64,000 nucleotides of DNA from Planctomycetota bacterium. GTDB taxonomy: Bacteria; Planctomycetota; GCA-002687715; CAIWVZ01. Position numbers and translations under genes: made by a program. Under the pieces are notes generated by a model. The model did no database searches and was not told the DNA's origin. It saw only the letters and a list, made by a program, of their open reading frames with translations. The stretch spans positions 256,001 to 320,000 of the forward strand of contig JBGANV010000003.1 of NCBI GenBank assembly GCA_044222185.1, given 5' to 3'. This document shows positions 19,744 to 29,050 of the stretch, one piece after another (position 1 is the first letter of the stretch; each line of letters begins with the position of its first letter).

Positions 19744-20615
19744 TGTTGTTTCTCTCCGGTCTGCTTGACCCTGTCGATGCGCTTCTTCACGGCGTCGTCC
19801 ACACCCTTCCGGCCGCCTCCGATGCGGAGCATCCAGGAAGCCTGGCGTCCCCAGTGTCCTTCCGGGTCTGCCTTCGCGAGCGCCTCGTAGGCGGCCTTGG
19901 CCTCCGTCCAGCGGTCGAGGCGGTCGAGGGAACGGGCGATGCGGTAGCGATCCTCCGACGTGCGCGCGTCCTCGGGTATCTGGTTCGCGGCTTCCAAGGC
20001 GCCGCTGAAATCCTCCGCCGCGTAGAGCGCCCGGCTCAGGCCCTTGGGGTCGAGCGCCATTGCCCGCGGCGCCGGTTTGGACTCCGCGGCCCGCGGCGCA
20101 GTCACCGGGACGTCGAGATCGACCGCGAGGAGCGCGCTGCCGATCGCCGTCGCCCGGGTCGGTTTGGGAGGTGTCTCCGCCTCGGTGCGCGTGGGCGCAG
20201 CGACGGGCGCGCGCTTCATCTCGTTTGCGAGCGCGAGACGTGAGCGAAGCTCCTCCACGCGCCGGACGTTCTCGGCCCGCGCGGCCTCGGTCGCGTCTTC
20301 CATCGACCGCCCCGTGCCAGGAGCGTCGACGAGGAGCCCGCCTTGCACGCGGGTCAGAAGACCGTTCAAGAGGCGAAGCTCGACTTCCGTCTCCGAGAGT
20401 CGCGCCGAGATCGCCTTGGCCGAGCGGCGGTCGACCCATTGGAGGTGATGCAATGCGTCGCCGACCAGTTCGTCGACGGTCGGCGGGGACTCGCCGTCGC
20501 CGCCACGGGGCTTGGCGGCGTCGTCCTGACTTCCCCCGGAGCGCGTCTGGGACCATGCCGCGAGCGGCAGGAGCACCAGAGCGATCAACACGGCGTTGGA
20601 ATCCAAGCGCCTCAT
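19740..20615 (-). CDS. Secreted TPR-containing protein
   Basis: ATG at 20615 overlaps the upstream stop (ATGA); signal peptide MRRLDSNAVLIALVLLPLAAWS; coiled coil, Pro/Ala linker, C-terminal TPR (DRYRIARSLDRLDRWTEAKAAYEAL). Confidence 0.75.
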   Translation of the reverse strand: MRRLDSNAVLIALVLLPLAAWSQTRSGGSQDDAAKPRGGDGESPPTVDELVGDALHHLQWVDRRSAKAISARLSETEVELRLLNGLLTRVQGGLLVDAPGTGRSMEDATEAARAENVRRVEELRSRLALANEMKRAPVAAPTRTEAETPPKPTRATAIGSALLAVDLDVPVTAPRAAESKPAPRAMALDPKGLSRALYAAEDFSGALEAANQIPEDARTSEDRYRIARSLDRLDRWTEAKAAYEALAKADPEGHWGRQASWMLRIGGGRKGVDDAVKKRIDRVKQTGEKQQ

Positions 20616-22141
20616 CTCTTTTCCTCCTCGCGACCTTCGAACACGCGAGCCGCCTCGAGCGGCCGCCCCAGCTCGAGCAGAAGCTCGCCGCGAAGCGTCG
20701 TGACCTCCGCCTTCGACGGCGTCGGGTCGATGAAGTCGGCAGCTTTCAGGCGGTCGATGGCCGCGAGCGCGGCACTCTTGTTGCCGGCCCGCCGCTCCGT
20801 GCGTGCGAGGTGGACGAGTGCCGCCGCCCGATACCGCGGCACCGTCGTGAGCGCTTCCAGGGCGCGCGCCGCCTCGTCGTGGCGGTCCGTGTTTCCCAGG
20901 GATCGCGCGAGGACGGCGAGCGCCCGCTCGGCCGTCTGTGAGGCGTCCGGCGTCGCCGCCAGGGTCTCGGTCGCCGAGACGACGGCCTGCTCGAACAGGC
21001 CAAGCCGTTCCTCGAGCTCGGCCTTCATGAGCAACGCGCGACGCTTCTGCAGTCCCTCGGGTCCCAGCGCGAGACAACGCTGGACTGCGACCAGGCCCGT
21101 GACCAGGTCATCCAGCGCCACGAACGCAACCGCCACGGACTCGGCCGCTCGGATCTGCGCCGACTTCTCGTCGACGTTCCGCTGCGCGATGCGCAGCTGG
21201 AGGAGCGCCGATCGGAAGTCCCCCTTCAGCATCAGGCCGATCCCGACGGCGAGTGGAACGTGCTTGGCCAGGTCGGGAAACTCCCGCCGGGCCTCCGAGC
21301 GGAATTCGGCGAGCGCCACGAAGGCGTCGTCGACTCGCTTCGAGTCGAGCTCGAGCTCCGTCAGGAGCAGGCTCGCGACGGCACGAGCGCGCGGCGACGA
21401 TCCCTCGCGAACGACACGCCGCAGCCGGATGCCGGCCGCCTCATCGTCGCCCGCGGCCCGGTGGATCACGGCGGGCACGAGTTCGGCGTTCGCGAGGTCC
21501 GGCAACCCGGCGTCGCTCGCCTCGAGCTGATCGATCGCCTTCTTCGCCGCCGGGAGGTCGCCCGACTTGTAGTACGCGTAGCCCGCGAGCAGCCGCGCCA
21601 TGGGGACCCGTGAGTCCTTGGGGAACTCGGACGTGAACGACTCGAAGCTCACGCCGGCCTCGTGCATCCGCGTGAGGCGGTAGAGCAGATCGGCGCGTGC
21701 GTATCGCACGTCGGCCGCAAGCCGCGGTTCCGCGTGTACGAGGATCGTGTGATCGAGATGATGCATCGCCGCGTCCGCCAACGCCGTCTCCGGATCGCTG
21801 GCCGCGGGCCTCACCTGAAGCCGGTTCTCCTTCACGTCGACGATGAAGCCGGTGCTCGCGCTGATCAGGATCGCGAGCTCGTCGAGCGTGATCCGGGCGC
21901 GGTCGATGGAAATCGTCCGCTGGACCAGATCCGCCATGAGCGCCGGCTCCACACGCAGCTCGACGCCGAACGCCGCGCAGGCGCGAGCGAGCAGGTCCAC
22001 CACCGAGGTGTCGCTGGCATGGATCTCGAGGAGGCGGCTCTGGCTCGCCCCGTTCGCCGCCACGACCGCCCTGCGTTGGCCGGCCACCGGGGACGCCGCC
22101 AACACGAGCAGGAGAACGAGGAGGGCGCCGTTTCGGCTCAT
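20612..22141 (-). CDS. Secreted protein with N-terminal STN-like domain and multiple TPR repeats
   Basis: Signal peptide; 'DTSVVDLL...ELRVEP...ISIDRARITLDELAILIS...VKENRLQV' resembles a Secretin/TonB N-terminal domain; repeated TPR helices. Confidence 0.75.
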   Translation of the reverse strand: MSRNGALLVLLLVLAASPVAGQRRAVVAANGASQSRLLEIHASDTSVVDLLARACAAFGVELRVEPALMADLVQRTISIDRARITLDELAILISASTGFIVDVKENRLQVRPAASDPETALADAAMHHLDHTILVHAEPRLAADVRYARADLLYRLTRMHEAGVSFESFTSEFPKDSRVPMARLLAGYAYYKSGDLPAAKKAIDQLEASDAGLPDLANAELVPAVIHRAAGDDEAAGIRLRRVVREGSSPRARAVASLLLTELELDSKRVDDAFVALAEFRSEARREFPDLAKHVPLAVGIGLMLKGDFRSALLQLRIAQRNVDEKSAQIRAAESVAVAFVALDDLVTGLVAVQRCLALGPEGLQKRRALLMKAELEERLGLFEQAVVSATETLAATPDASQTAERALAVLARSLGNTDRHDEAARALEALTTVPRYRAAALVHLARTERRAGNKSAALAAIDRLKAADFIDPTPSKAEVTTLRGELLLELGRPLEAARVFEGREEEKR

Positions 22142-23202
22142 GGCTCCTTCCCCGCGAACGTGACCTTGGGCTCTGGGATCTCGACGCTCGCCGCCTTGTC
22201 ACGCCAGATCGCCGCGACTGCGATCGCCATGCGTCCGTGCGCCCACGCGATGAGGGCCTCCTCGTCGGCTCCCAGGTCACCGGCGCTCATGAGGAACGCC
22301 AGGTACTTCTCGCGGGCGTCCTGCATCCGTCCCGCGACGAAATCAGCATCGGCGGCAGCGAGCCGCGCGGTGCGAGCGGGACCGGGCTCTGCTGACGCAT
22401 CGTCCTGCCCGGAGCCGGCCTCGTCTTGTGGCGTCGGCCTGCCGGCAGCTGCGAGGATCCGCTCGTAGCGGAGCCGCAGCTCCGACTCCCCCTTCGGAAG
22501 GAGGGGCCTGATCCTGACGGCCATCTTCCGCGCGTCGGCGAGTCGGCCGCCGCGAACCGCCGCCTCGGCCAGGACGAGAAGCTCGGTGAGATCGAGGCGG
22601 TCGTGCCCGGATCCAGGACGCGCCGTCGCGGCGACCCCCTCCTGTGCGTGCCCCGAAGCCTCGGCGGAAGGAGAGTGTTCGTCCGTTCCCTCATGCGGCC
22701 TGGCCGCAGGGGCGTGGGGGTCGTGGGCGCCGTCCGCGCCGTCCGCCGTCCCCTCGCCCGCCTCGTGTTCCGACTCGGCAACCGCGTGCGCTGCGTTGCG
22801 GAGCATCAACCACGCGGCCAGCCCGATGATCGTCAGGAGTGCGCCCGCGGCCCCCATGAGCACGAGCTTCCGCCGCTTGGACCGCACCGCGGGGCTCGCC
22901 GTCGGAGCCGGCGCTGCCGGAGCGTTCGCGACAGTCGCGGGCCGTGCTACGGTCGTGCGGGGCGGCGCCGCGCCCGTCTGCGACGGCGGACGTGCCCCCG
23001 TCGCCGGGCGCTGGGCCGTCATCGGCCGCGGCGTCGGCTTGGGTTTCGCCGCGGAGTCGCCGTGCGTCGCCGGACCCGAGACCGTCGCGGGACGCACCGT
23101 CTCTGCGGCCGGCGGTCCTGCGTGCGGAGTGCTGGTGGTCGTCGTGTGGCGGGGTGGACCCGCCACGGCGTCGTGATCAGCGTTGGGTGGCTCGGACGTC
23201 AT
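22138..23202 (-). CDS. Single-pass membrane protein with Pro/Ala/Thr-rich N-terminus and periplasmic TPR-like helices
   Basis: Low-complexity N-terminus, KRRK followed by a TM helix, His/Glu-rich linker, two TPR-like units; translationally coupled to the next gene. Confidence 0.7.
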   Translation of the reverse strand: MTSEPPNADHDAVAGPPRHTTTTSTPHAGPPAAETVRPATVSGPATHGDSAAKPKPTPRPMTAQRPATGARPPSQTGAAPPRTTVARPATVANAPAAPAPTASPAVRSKRRKLVLMGAAGALLTIIGLAAWLMLRNAAHAVAESEHEAGEGTADGADGAHDPHAPAARPHEGTDEHSPSAEASGHAQEGVAATARPGSGHDRLDLTELLVLAEAAVRGGRLADARKMAVRIRPLLPKGESELRLRYERILAAAGRPTPQDEAGSGQDDASAEPGPARTARLAAADADFVAGRMQDAREKYLAFLMSAGDLGADEEALIAWAHGRMAIAVAAIWRDKAASVEIPEPKVTFAGKEP

Positions 23203-23219
23203 GGCTTCGTTTGCGCTTC

Positions 23220-23236
23220 AGCAAGCGGCGTTCCTG
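23220..23236 (-). promoter_or_regulatory. Sigma54 (-24/-12) promoter of the basal-body operon
   Basis: Minus strand CAGGAACGCCGCTTGCT with exact GG-N10-GC spacing and TTGCT -12 box, 18 bp upstream of the first operon gene. Confidence 0.65.
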
Positions 23237-23357
23237 CGCGCTTCAGGGCGTTTTCCTCGTGTTTCGTGACGGACCGTGTGCGTGGCATGTTCGAAAAGTC
23301 GGCCGCTGCGGCCGACGACGTCGCGAAGTGCGACAGCGGCGCGCGAGCGTCGGAGAA

Positions 23358-24779
23358 TCAGACGGTGCGTCGGAGGAACAGTCGTTCGTTCCCCTCGAGG
23401 CCCAGGCTCTTCATCTTGTGATAGAGCGTGCTGCGGTTGATGCCGAGCATCTTCGCAGCTCGCGTGATGTTGAAGCGCGTCTCGCCGAGAACGAGGCGGA
23501 TCAGGTCCTCTTCCACGGAGCGGAGCGTTCGATCGCGCAACGGCAGGACGTCGGCCGACGTCTCCGAATCGGGTGTGGACTCGATCGCCGTCGGCTCGGA
23601 ATGCTCGGAGAACGCCAGGTGGCGAGGCTCGATCTCGGCTCCGTCGCAGACGATGACGGCGTATTCACAGACGTTGCGGAGCTCACGGACGTTGCCAGGC
23701 CATTCGTGCTCGAGCAGAGTCCGAAGCGAGGTCTCGCTGAAACCGGAGACGGGCTTGCGCAGGTCCTGTGCGAAGCGGTCGAGGAAGTGTGCGGCGAGGA
23801 CCGGAATGTCCGACTTGCGCTCGCGGAGCGCCGGCACGCGGATCGGCATGACGTTCAGCCGGAAGAAGAGGTCCTTGCGGAAGGAACCGGTGCGAACGTC
23901 GTCCCACAGCTCCCGGTTGGTCGCCGCGATGATGCGCACGTCCACTCGGGTGTCCTTCGTTCCACCGACGCGCTTGAACGAGTTCTCCTGAAGGAACCGG
24001 AGGAGTTTCGCCTGGAGCGACGGCGCCATCTCCCCGATCTCGTCGAGGAAGACCGTGCCGCCATCGGCGGCCTCCAGGAGTCCCACCTTGCCATTCGGGC
24101 TCGCACCCGTGAACGCGCCGCGCTCGTAGCCGAACAGCTCGGCCTCGAGGATGTTCTCGTTGAGCGCCGCGCAGTTGATCGCCATGAACGGGCGCGCGCT
24201 GCGGCGACCGTCGAAATGGATCGCGCGGGCGACGAGTTCCTTGCCCGTGCCGCTCTCGCCCTGGATCAGCACCGTGGTGCTGGGGGTCGACGCGACTCGT
24301 GCGATGTGATCGCGCAGGCGAGCGACGGCGTCGCTGTCACCGATGATGGGCGGCCGCGAAAGATCGGTCGGCGTGGGCCCCTTCCGGTGGGATGCGCGCC
24401 GCGTCGCCGCCTGATCCTCGAGCGCCGGCGTGAGGACGTTCAAGAGGCGCTCGGCGAAGAGCGGCTTCTCGAGGACGTCGAGCGCGCCCTCGCGCACGGC
24501 TTCGACGACGACGCGAACGTCCGGATACAGCGCGGTCATCAGGATCACGGGGGCATCTGGAAGCCGGTGCAGCTCGCGGACGAGGTCGATGCCGAGCCCG
24601 TCCGACAAGCGGTGCTCGACGAGCACGGCGTCCGGCATGGTCTCGGCGATCGCACGGCGAGCCGCGGCGAGATCCGCAGCGCCACGGACCTGCACCGCCT
24701 CGATCCCCAGCGCATGCGTCAGTTCGCTGACGAGGCCGGGATCCGAATCGACGACCAACAATTGAAAACGCACCGTCAT
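23358..24779 (-). CDS. Sigma54-dependent activator with atypical receiver domain (FleQ/FlrA-like)
   Basis: [17 protein letters not shown]; the receiver has VDSD and LVEHRL (Glu at the phospho-Asp position). Confidence 0.9.
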   Translation of the reverse strand: MTVRFQLLVVDSDPGLVSELTHALGIEAVQVRGAADLAAARRAIAETMPDAVLVEHRLSDGLGIDLVRELHRLPDAPVILMTALYPDVRVVVEAVREGALDVLEKPLFAERLLNVLTPALEDQAATRRASHRKGPTPTDLSRPPIIGDSDAVARLRDHIARVASTPSTTVLIQGESGTGKELVARAIHFDGRRSARPFMAINCAALNENILEAELFGYERGAFTGASPNGKVGLLEAADGGTVFLDEIGEMAPSLQAKLLRFLQENSFKRVGGTKDTRVDVRIIAATNRELWDDVRTGSFRKDLFFRLNVMPIRVPALRERKSDIPVLAAHFLDRFAQDLRKPVSGFSETSLRTLLEHEWPGNVRELRNVCEYAVIVCDGAEIEPRHLAFSEHSEPTAIESTPDSETSADVLPLRDRTLRSVEEDLIRLVLGETRFNITRAAKMLGINRSTLYHKMKSLGLEGNERLFLRRTV

Positions 24780-24842
24780 GTCGTGTTCTCGAACAAACTG
24801 GGAGAGTCGCCTCTCCTGGGCCAAAGACCGACGTCGATGCAT

Positions 24843-24869
24843 CTATCGGCGTTTGCGACACCCCTCTGA
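24843..24869 (-). promoter_or_regulatory. Sigma28-like promoter upstream of the FleQ-like gene
   Basis: Minus strand TCAG-N15-GCCGATAG with canonical spacing. Confidence 0.55.
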
Positions 24870-24949
24870 AAGATATTCCTGCCGTCGGATAGCCCGACAG
24901 GGTGCCCGAAACCGCGCCGGCCGCGCAGATTTCGCATCTTCAAGCATCC

Positions 24950-24978
24950 TCAACAGTCCTGCGCGCGAGGGCCGAAAA
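24950..24978 (+). promoter_or_regulatory. Sigma28-like promoter of fliD
   Basis: TCAA-N17-GCCGAAAA about 40 bp upstream of the fliD ATG; fliD is commonly sigma28-dependent. Confidence 0.45.
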
Positions 24979-25017
24979 CACCAGGGGGGAGGGCCTTGCG
25001 TCCGCCTTCGAACAACC

Positions 25018-26361
25018 ATGGCAACGACATCATCAACGCCCATCGCCCAGTTCCAGGGGTTTGCTACGGGCCTCGACACGGCGTCGATCATCTCGGCGCT
25101 CTCTCAGGTCAAGCGAGCACCCATCGACCGACTCGACGCCACGAAGGCGAAGCTCCAGAAGCAGCAGACGCAGTTCACGACCCTCAAGGCGAAGGTCGAC
25201 GCGCTCACGGCGAAGCTGAAGGAGCTCGATACCAGTGCCGAGTTCTCGGCGTTCACGACGACGTCGACGGACACGGCGGCGATCGCGGCCACGGCGAACG
25301 GGTCGGCAAACGAGGGGACGTATCAGATCGCGGTCTCACGCTTGGCTGCGGCCGAGAGCCATTCGTCCCAGGGATTCGCCTCCAAGACGACCCTCCTCGG
25401 ACACGGCGCCATCGGGTTCACCGTCGACGATGTCGACTTCACGGTCAACATCAGCAGCGACGCGACGCTCGAGCAGGTGCGGGATGCGATCAACAACAGC
25501 ACCGCCCCCGTGACGGCGACCATCATCAACGACGGAACGGCGACCAGTCCCTACAAGCTCGTCGTCACGAGCGAGAAGACCGGCGCGAAGAACGCCTTCA
25601 CGGTCGACTTCAACAACTTCACGGCCGCCTCCTCCGCCCCGTCGGTGTTGAACCTCAGCAATCAACTGAAAGCCGGCACTGATGCTTCGTTCACGATCAA
25701 CAGCGTGCAGGTGAGTTCCCCGACGAACGTCGTCGACCAGACGATCGACGGAGTCACTTTCACGCTGACGAAGGAGAACTCGACCGCCACCGTGACCGTC
25801 GCGCGCGACAATGCGGCGGTCAAGACGAAGGTGAAGAGCGTCATCACGGCGTTCAACGACGTCATCAACGAGCTGAAGTCGCAGGAAGACCCGGCGCTGA
25901 AGGACACCAAGGCCGTCCTCTACGGTGACTCGACGATCACGGCCCTCGATCGGCAGATCCAGAATCTGATCCGCACGCAGGTGACGGGATCGTCGTCGTC
26001 GTTCCGCACGCTCGCGTCGATCGGCGTCGAAACGACCTCCAACGGCAAGATCCAACTGGACGAGACGGCCTTCGACCGCGCGATCGCGGCGGACCCCGAC
26101 GGCATCGCGCGAATCTTCACCGATGCCACCACCGGGATCGCGCAGAAGGTGAAGACGTCCGGAGAAGCGATCAACAAGACGATCAACAGCCGAACGTCGA
26201 CGATCCGCGATCGGATTCGACAGGGCGACCAGCGAGCTGCCGATCTCCAGGTCCAGCTCGACCGCTACATCGACGGGCTTCGCACCAAATTCGGAAACTT
26301 GGAACAGGTCGTGGGTCAACTCCAGTCGCAGGGCGCAAGCCTGTCTGGGATCCTCGGCTGA
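25018..26361 (+). CDS. fliD: Flagellar filament cap protein FliD
   Basis: GFATGLDTASIISAL N-terminus, GTYQIAVSRLA, GVTFTL, LASIGV, C-terminal KFGNLEQVVGQLQSQ. Confidence 0.95.
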   Translation: MATTSSTPIAQFQGFATGLDTASIISALSQVKRAPIDRLDATKAKLQKQQTQFTTLKAKVDALTAKLKELDTSAEFSAFTTTSTDTAAIAATANGSANEGTYQIAVSRLAAAESHSSQGFASKTTLLGHGAIGFTVDDVDFTVNISSDATLEQVRDAINNSTAPVTATIINDGTATSPYKLVVTSEKTGAKNAFTVDFNNFTAASSAPSVLNLSNQLKAGTDASFTINSVQVSSPTNVVDQTIDGVTFTLTKENSTATVTVARDNAAVKTKVKSVITAFNDVINELKSQEDPALKDTKAVLYGDSTITALDRQIQNLIRTQVTGSSSSFRTLASIGVETTSNGKIQLDETAFDRAIAADPDGIARIFTDATTGIAQKVKTSGEAINKTINSRTSTIRDRIRQGDQRAADLQVQLDRYIDGLRTKFGNLEQVVGQLQSQGASLSGILG

Positions 26362-26380
26362 GTAGGAGTGGAGGGAATCC

Positions 26381-26773
26381 GTGACGTCGACACCGCAGAA
26401 GCAGTTCCGCAGCGCCAGCATGGAGTACCTGACGAACGCCGTCATGACGGCGACGCCGGAGAAGCTCGTCGTCCTCCTGTACGACGGTGCGATCCAATCG
26501 CTCGACGCAGCGGCTGACGCGTTCGACCGAAAACGCCGAGCAGAGGCGGGCACCCAGGTGAGCCGCGCTCTCTCGATCGTCGGTGAGCTGCGAGCCTCGT
26601 TGAACCTGGAGGAAGGCAAGGAGGTCGCGCGGGACCTCTTTGCGCTCTACGGCTTCATCACGAACCGAATCACTCGCGGAAACGCCGAGAAGAACAGCGC
26701 GCTCGTTCGCGAGGCACGACAGGTGATGTCGACTCTCCGGGAAGGGTGGGATGGAATTGCCCGTCGCAACTGA
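26381..26773 (+). CDS. fliS: Flagellin chaperone FliS
   Basis: VMTATPEKLVVLLYDGA, ELRASLNLEEG, LREGW. Confidence 0.96.
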   Translation: MTSTPQKQFRSASMEYLTNAVMTATPEKLVVLLYDGAIQSLDAAADAFDRKRRAEAGTQVSRALSIVGELRASLNLEEGKEVARDLFALYGFITNRITRGNAEKNSALVREARQVMSTLREGWDGIARRN

Positions 26774-27119
26774 CAGACGTGCCACGCTGGGGACGCTTCG
26801 CCGTCTGCGCGACGTCTCCCAACTGATCCTCGTTGCGATCGAGCACGACGACACCGTCGAGATCGAGCGGCTTGCGAACGAAAGCGAGCGGCTCATCGAC
26901 ACCGTGCGTCCGGCGTTCGAGGGCACCGGGGCCGAAGCGGCGTCCACCGACCTGATTGACGAGATCGCGGCGATGAACCGAATGATCGTCCGTCGCCTCC
27001 AGGAACGCCGCGCCGAGGTCGCTGCCGAACTGTGCGCGGCATCGCAACTTCGAACGCAGTTGCGCGCGATTCGAGGTGATGGCCCGTGCGAGGGCGACGA
27101 GCTCGATCGAGAGACATAG
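26751..27119 (+). CDS. Helical flagellar chaperone-like protein (FliT-like by position)
   Basis: 122-aa helical ORF overlapping the end of fliS, in the usual fliD-fliS-fliT position. Confidence 0.55.
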   Translation: MELPVATDRRATLGTLRRLRDVSQLILVAIEHDDTVEIERLANESERLIDTVRPAFEGTGAEAASTDLIDEIAAMNRMIVRRLQERRAEVAAELCAASQLRTQLRAIRGDGPCEGDELDRET

Positions 27120-27383
27120 GTGAGCACCATGATCCCATCCGTCACTCAGTCCGGATACCAGACGATCCAAGACGGCGTGAACCGCCTCGACGCGGCGGCG
27201 AAGCGCATCGCGCGCGGAACGCTCCCCGAGGATGGAGCGAAGCCACCCGCCGACGCGGATTCGACGGACACCATCGGTGACGTCGTCGACATGATCGAGG
27301 CGAAGCACCAGGTGGAATTGGGTGCCGCCATCGTCAAGAAGGCCGCGCAAACGCACCAGTCACTGATCGACCTGCTCGCCTGA
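27120..27383 (+). CDS. Small protein with flagellar rod/hook-type terminal (D0-like) helices
   Basis: RLDAAAKRIA near the N-terminus and VVDMIEAKHQVELGAAIVKKAAQTHQSLIDLLA resembling Flg_bbr_C. Confidence 0.65.
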   Translation: MSTMIPSVTQSGYQTIQDGVNRLDAAAKRIARGTLPEDGAKPPADADSTDTIGDVVDMIEAKHQVELGAAIVKKAAQTHQSLIDLLA

Positions 27384-27417
27384 ACCGGGCTTCGGCGAGG
27401 GCCGGGAGAAGAGAGAG

Positions 27418-29031
27418 ATGAAGAAGGGACCCAGGGTCAGCCTCTGCATGATCGCGCGTGACGAGGCGGCCACGATCGCCCGCGCACTCGATGCCGCTCG
27501 TCCATTCGTCGACGAGATGATCGTCGTCGACACCGGATCGGCCGACGACACACGCGCCATCGCGATGGCGCACGGCGCACGAGTCATCGACGAGCCGTGG
27601 GCGGACGACTTCGCCAAGGCCCGAAATAAATCCCTGGACGCGGCGACGGGCGACTTCGCGCTCGTTCTCGACGCGGACGAGTTCATGGATGCGCGGAGCG
27701 GCCGGGAGATGCGCGAGGCCGTCCGCCGGCACAAGACCTACGGCGTGTTCCTACCGATCATCAACCGGTTCGAGGACGGCCGGGTGATCCCCACGCTCAT
27801 CATGCGTTGCTTCGTCCTGCGGAAGGATCTGCGTTTCAAGAACCGGATCCACGAGCAGGTGATCGACGCGCTCAACGAGATCGCCGTCGCCGAGGGCGGC
27901 AAGCTGATCAAGGTCGAGGGCGAAGTGACGCACGTCGGCTACCGCAAGGAGATCGTCGCAAGCCGGCAGAAGAACGAGCGGAACCGCCGGATCTTCGAAC
28001 TTGCGGTCGCAGACGACCCGACCAACGTGTACCTGGCCTACAAGTTCGCCGACTTCCTCCGGCAGTTCCCCGAAGAATCGGAGCGGGCCCGCGCGATCCT
28101 GCAGAAGGCCGCCGAGGACGTCGCCGCGTTGCCGAAGGCCAAGGCCCGAGATCTTCCGTTCGCCGGAGAGATCTTCGCATTGCTCGCGCAGTTGACGCGC
28201 GATGCCGGTGACCCGCGCCGCGGGCTGGAGATCGCGGAGCAGGGGTTTGCCGTGACCGACGTCACGACGAACCTGCGCTTCATCCGAGCGTCGCTCGCCG
28301 TCGATCTCGGGGACGCGCGCACTGCCGCCCGTGAGTTCCGCAACTGTCGCGAGGCACATGGCAAGGTGCTCGTGATCCCCGCTCAGCCCGGCGTGACGAG
28401 CACGCTCTCCGGCGCCGGGCTGGCGCGTGCCCTCCAGATGCTGGAGGAGCACGACGCAGCTCGAGCGGCGATCGAGACCGTCATGGCCGAGGTCGATGAT
28501 CGGAACGAGGCGCTGGACTTCTGGCTCGAGTGTTCCCGCCGATCGGGGCAGTTGAACGCGGCCTTCGGCTTCATCACTGGCTGGCTGACGAAGAACCCGT
28601 CGGACTCGCATGCCTGGTTCGTCGGCGGTCAGCTGCTCTTCGCCGCGCAGATGTTCGCGGAAGCACGCAAGTGGCTTGCCCGCGCGGCAGCGGACCCCAA
28701 CGAACGCGACGCCGCGCGTGGCTGGATCGCCGAGTCGTTCGTGCACGAGTGCAACCTGGACGAGGCGCTGGCAGCGGCCGCCGCGGCGCCTTCCGATCCA
28801 CGGGCGCAGGCCGTCATTGCGGCCGTCAGCGTGGCCGCCGACGTGGAAGTCCCGAGCCTCGTACACCATTGCGACGTCCGCGTGAAGGACGCCTTCCGGA
28901 CGATGGTCCGCAACCTGCAGATGACGGCCGGGGCGCCTGTCGCCGCTCGCCTCGATCGGGCGCGGACGGAGATGAAGGTCTTCGATCCCGCGGGGATGGA
29001 GCTGGTCGTCGACGCATTCGCCGTGGCGTGA
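27418..29031 (+). CDS. GT2 glycosyltransferase with TPR repeats (probable flagellin glycosyltransferase)
   Basis: SLCMIARDE, VDTGSADDT, DDFAKARN, LDADE, IHEQ, HVGY; C-terminal TPRs; flagellar context. Confidence 0.88.
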   Translation: MKKGPRVSLCMIARDEAATIARALDAARPFVDEMIVVDTGSADDTRAIAMAHGARVIDEPWADDFAKARNKSLDAATGDFALVLDADEFMDARSGREMREAVRRHKTYGVFLPIINRFEDGRVIPTLIMRCFVLRKDLRFKNRIHEQVIDALNEIAVAEGGKLIKVEGEVTHVGYRKEIVASRQKNERNRRIFELAVADDPTNVYLAYKFADFLRQFPEESERARAILQKAAEDVAALPKAKARDLPFAGEIFALLAQLTRDAGDPRRGLEIAEQGFAVTDVTTNLRFIRASLAVDLGDARTAAREFRNCREAHGKVLVIPAQPGVTSTLSGAGLARALQMLEEHDAARAAIETVMAEVDDRNEALDFWLECSRRSGQLNAAFGFITGWLTKNPSDSHAWFVGGQLLFAAQMFAEARKWLARAAADPNERDAARGWIAESFVHECNLDEALAAAAAAPSDPRAQAVIAAVSVAADVEVPSLVHHCDVRVKDAFRTMVRNLQMTAGAPVAARLDRARTEMKVFDPAGMELVVDAFAVA

Positions 29032-29050
29032 CGCGACGCCCACCGGCGGA

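Noticed and set aside
19744-20556. Long N-terminal extension of the histidine kinase (701-aa ORF)
   Set aside because: It overlaps the TPR gene in another frame; the GTG at 19743 gives a typical stop/start coupling.
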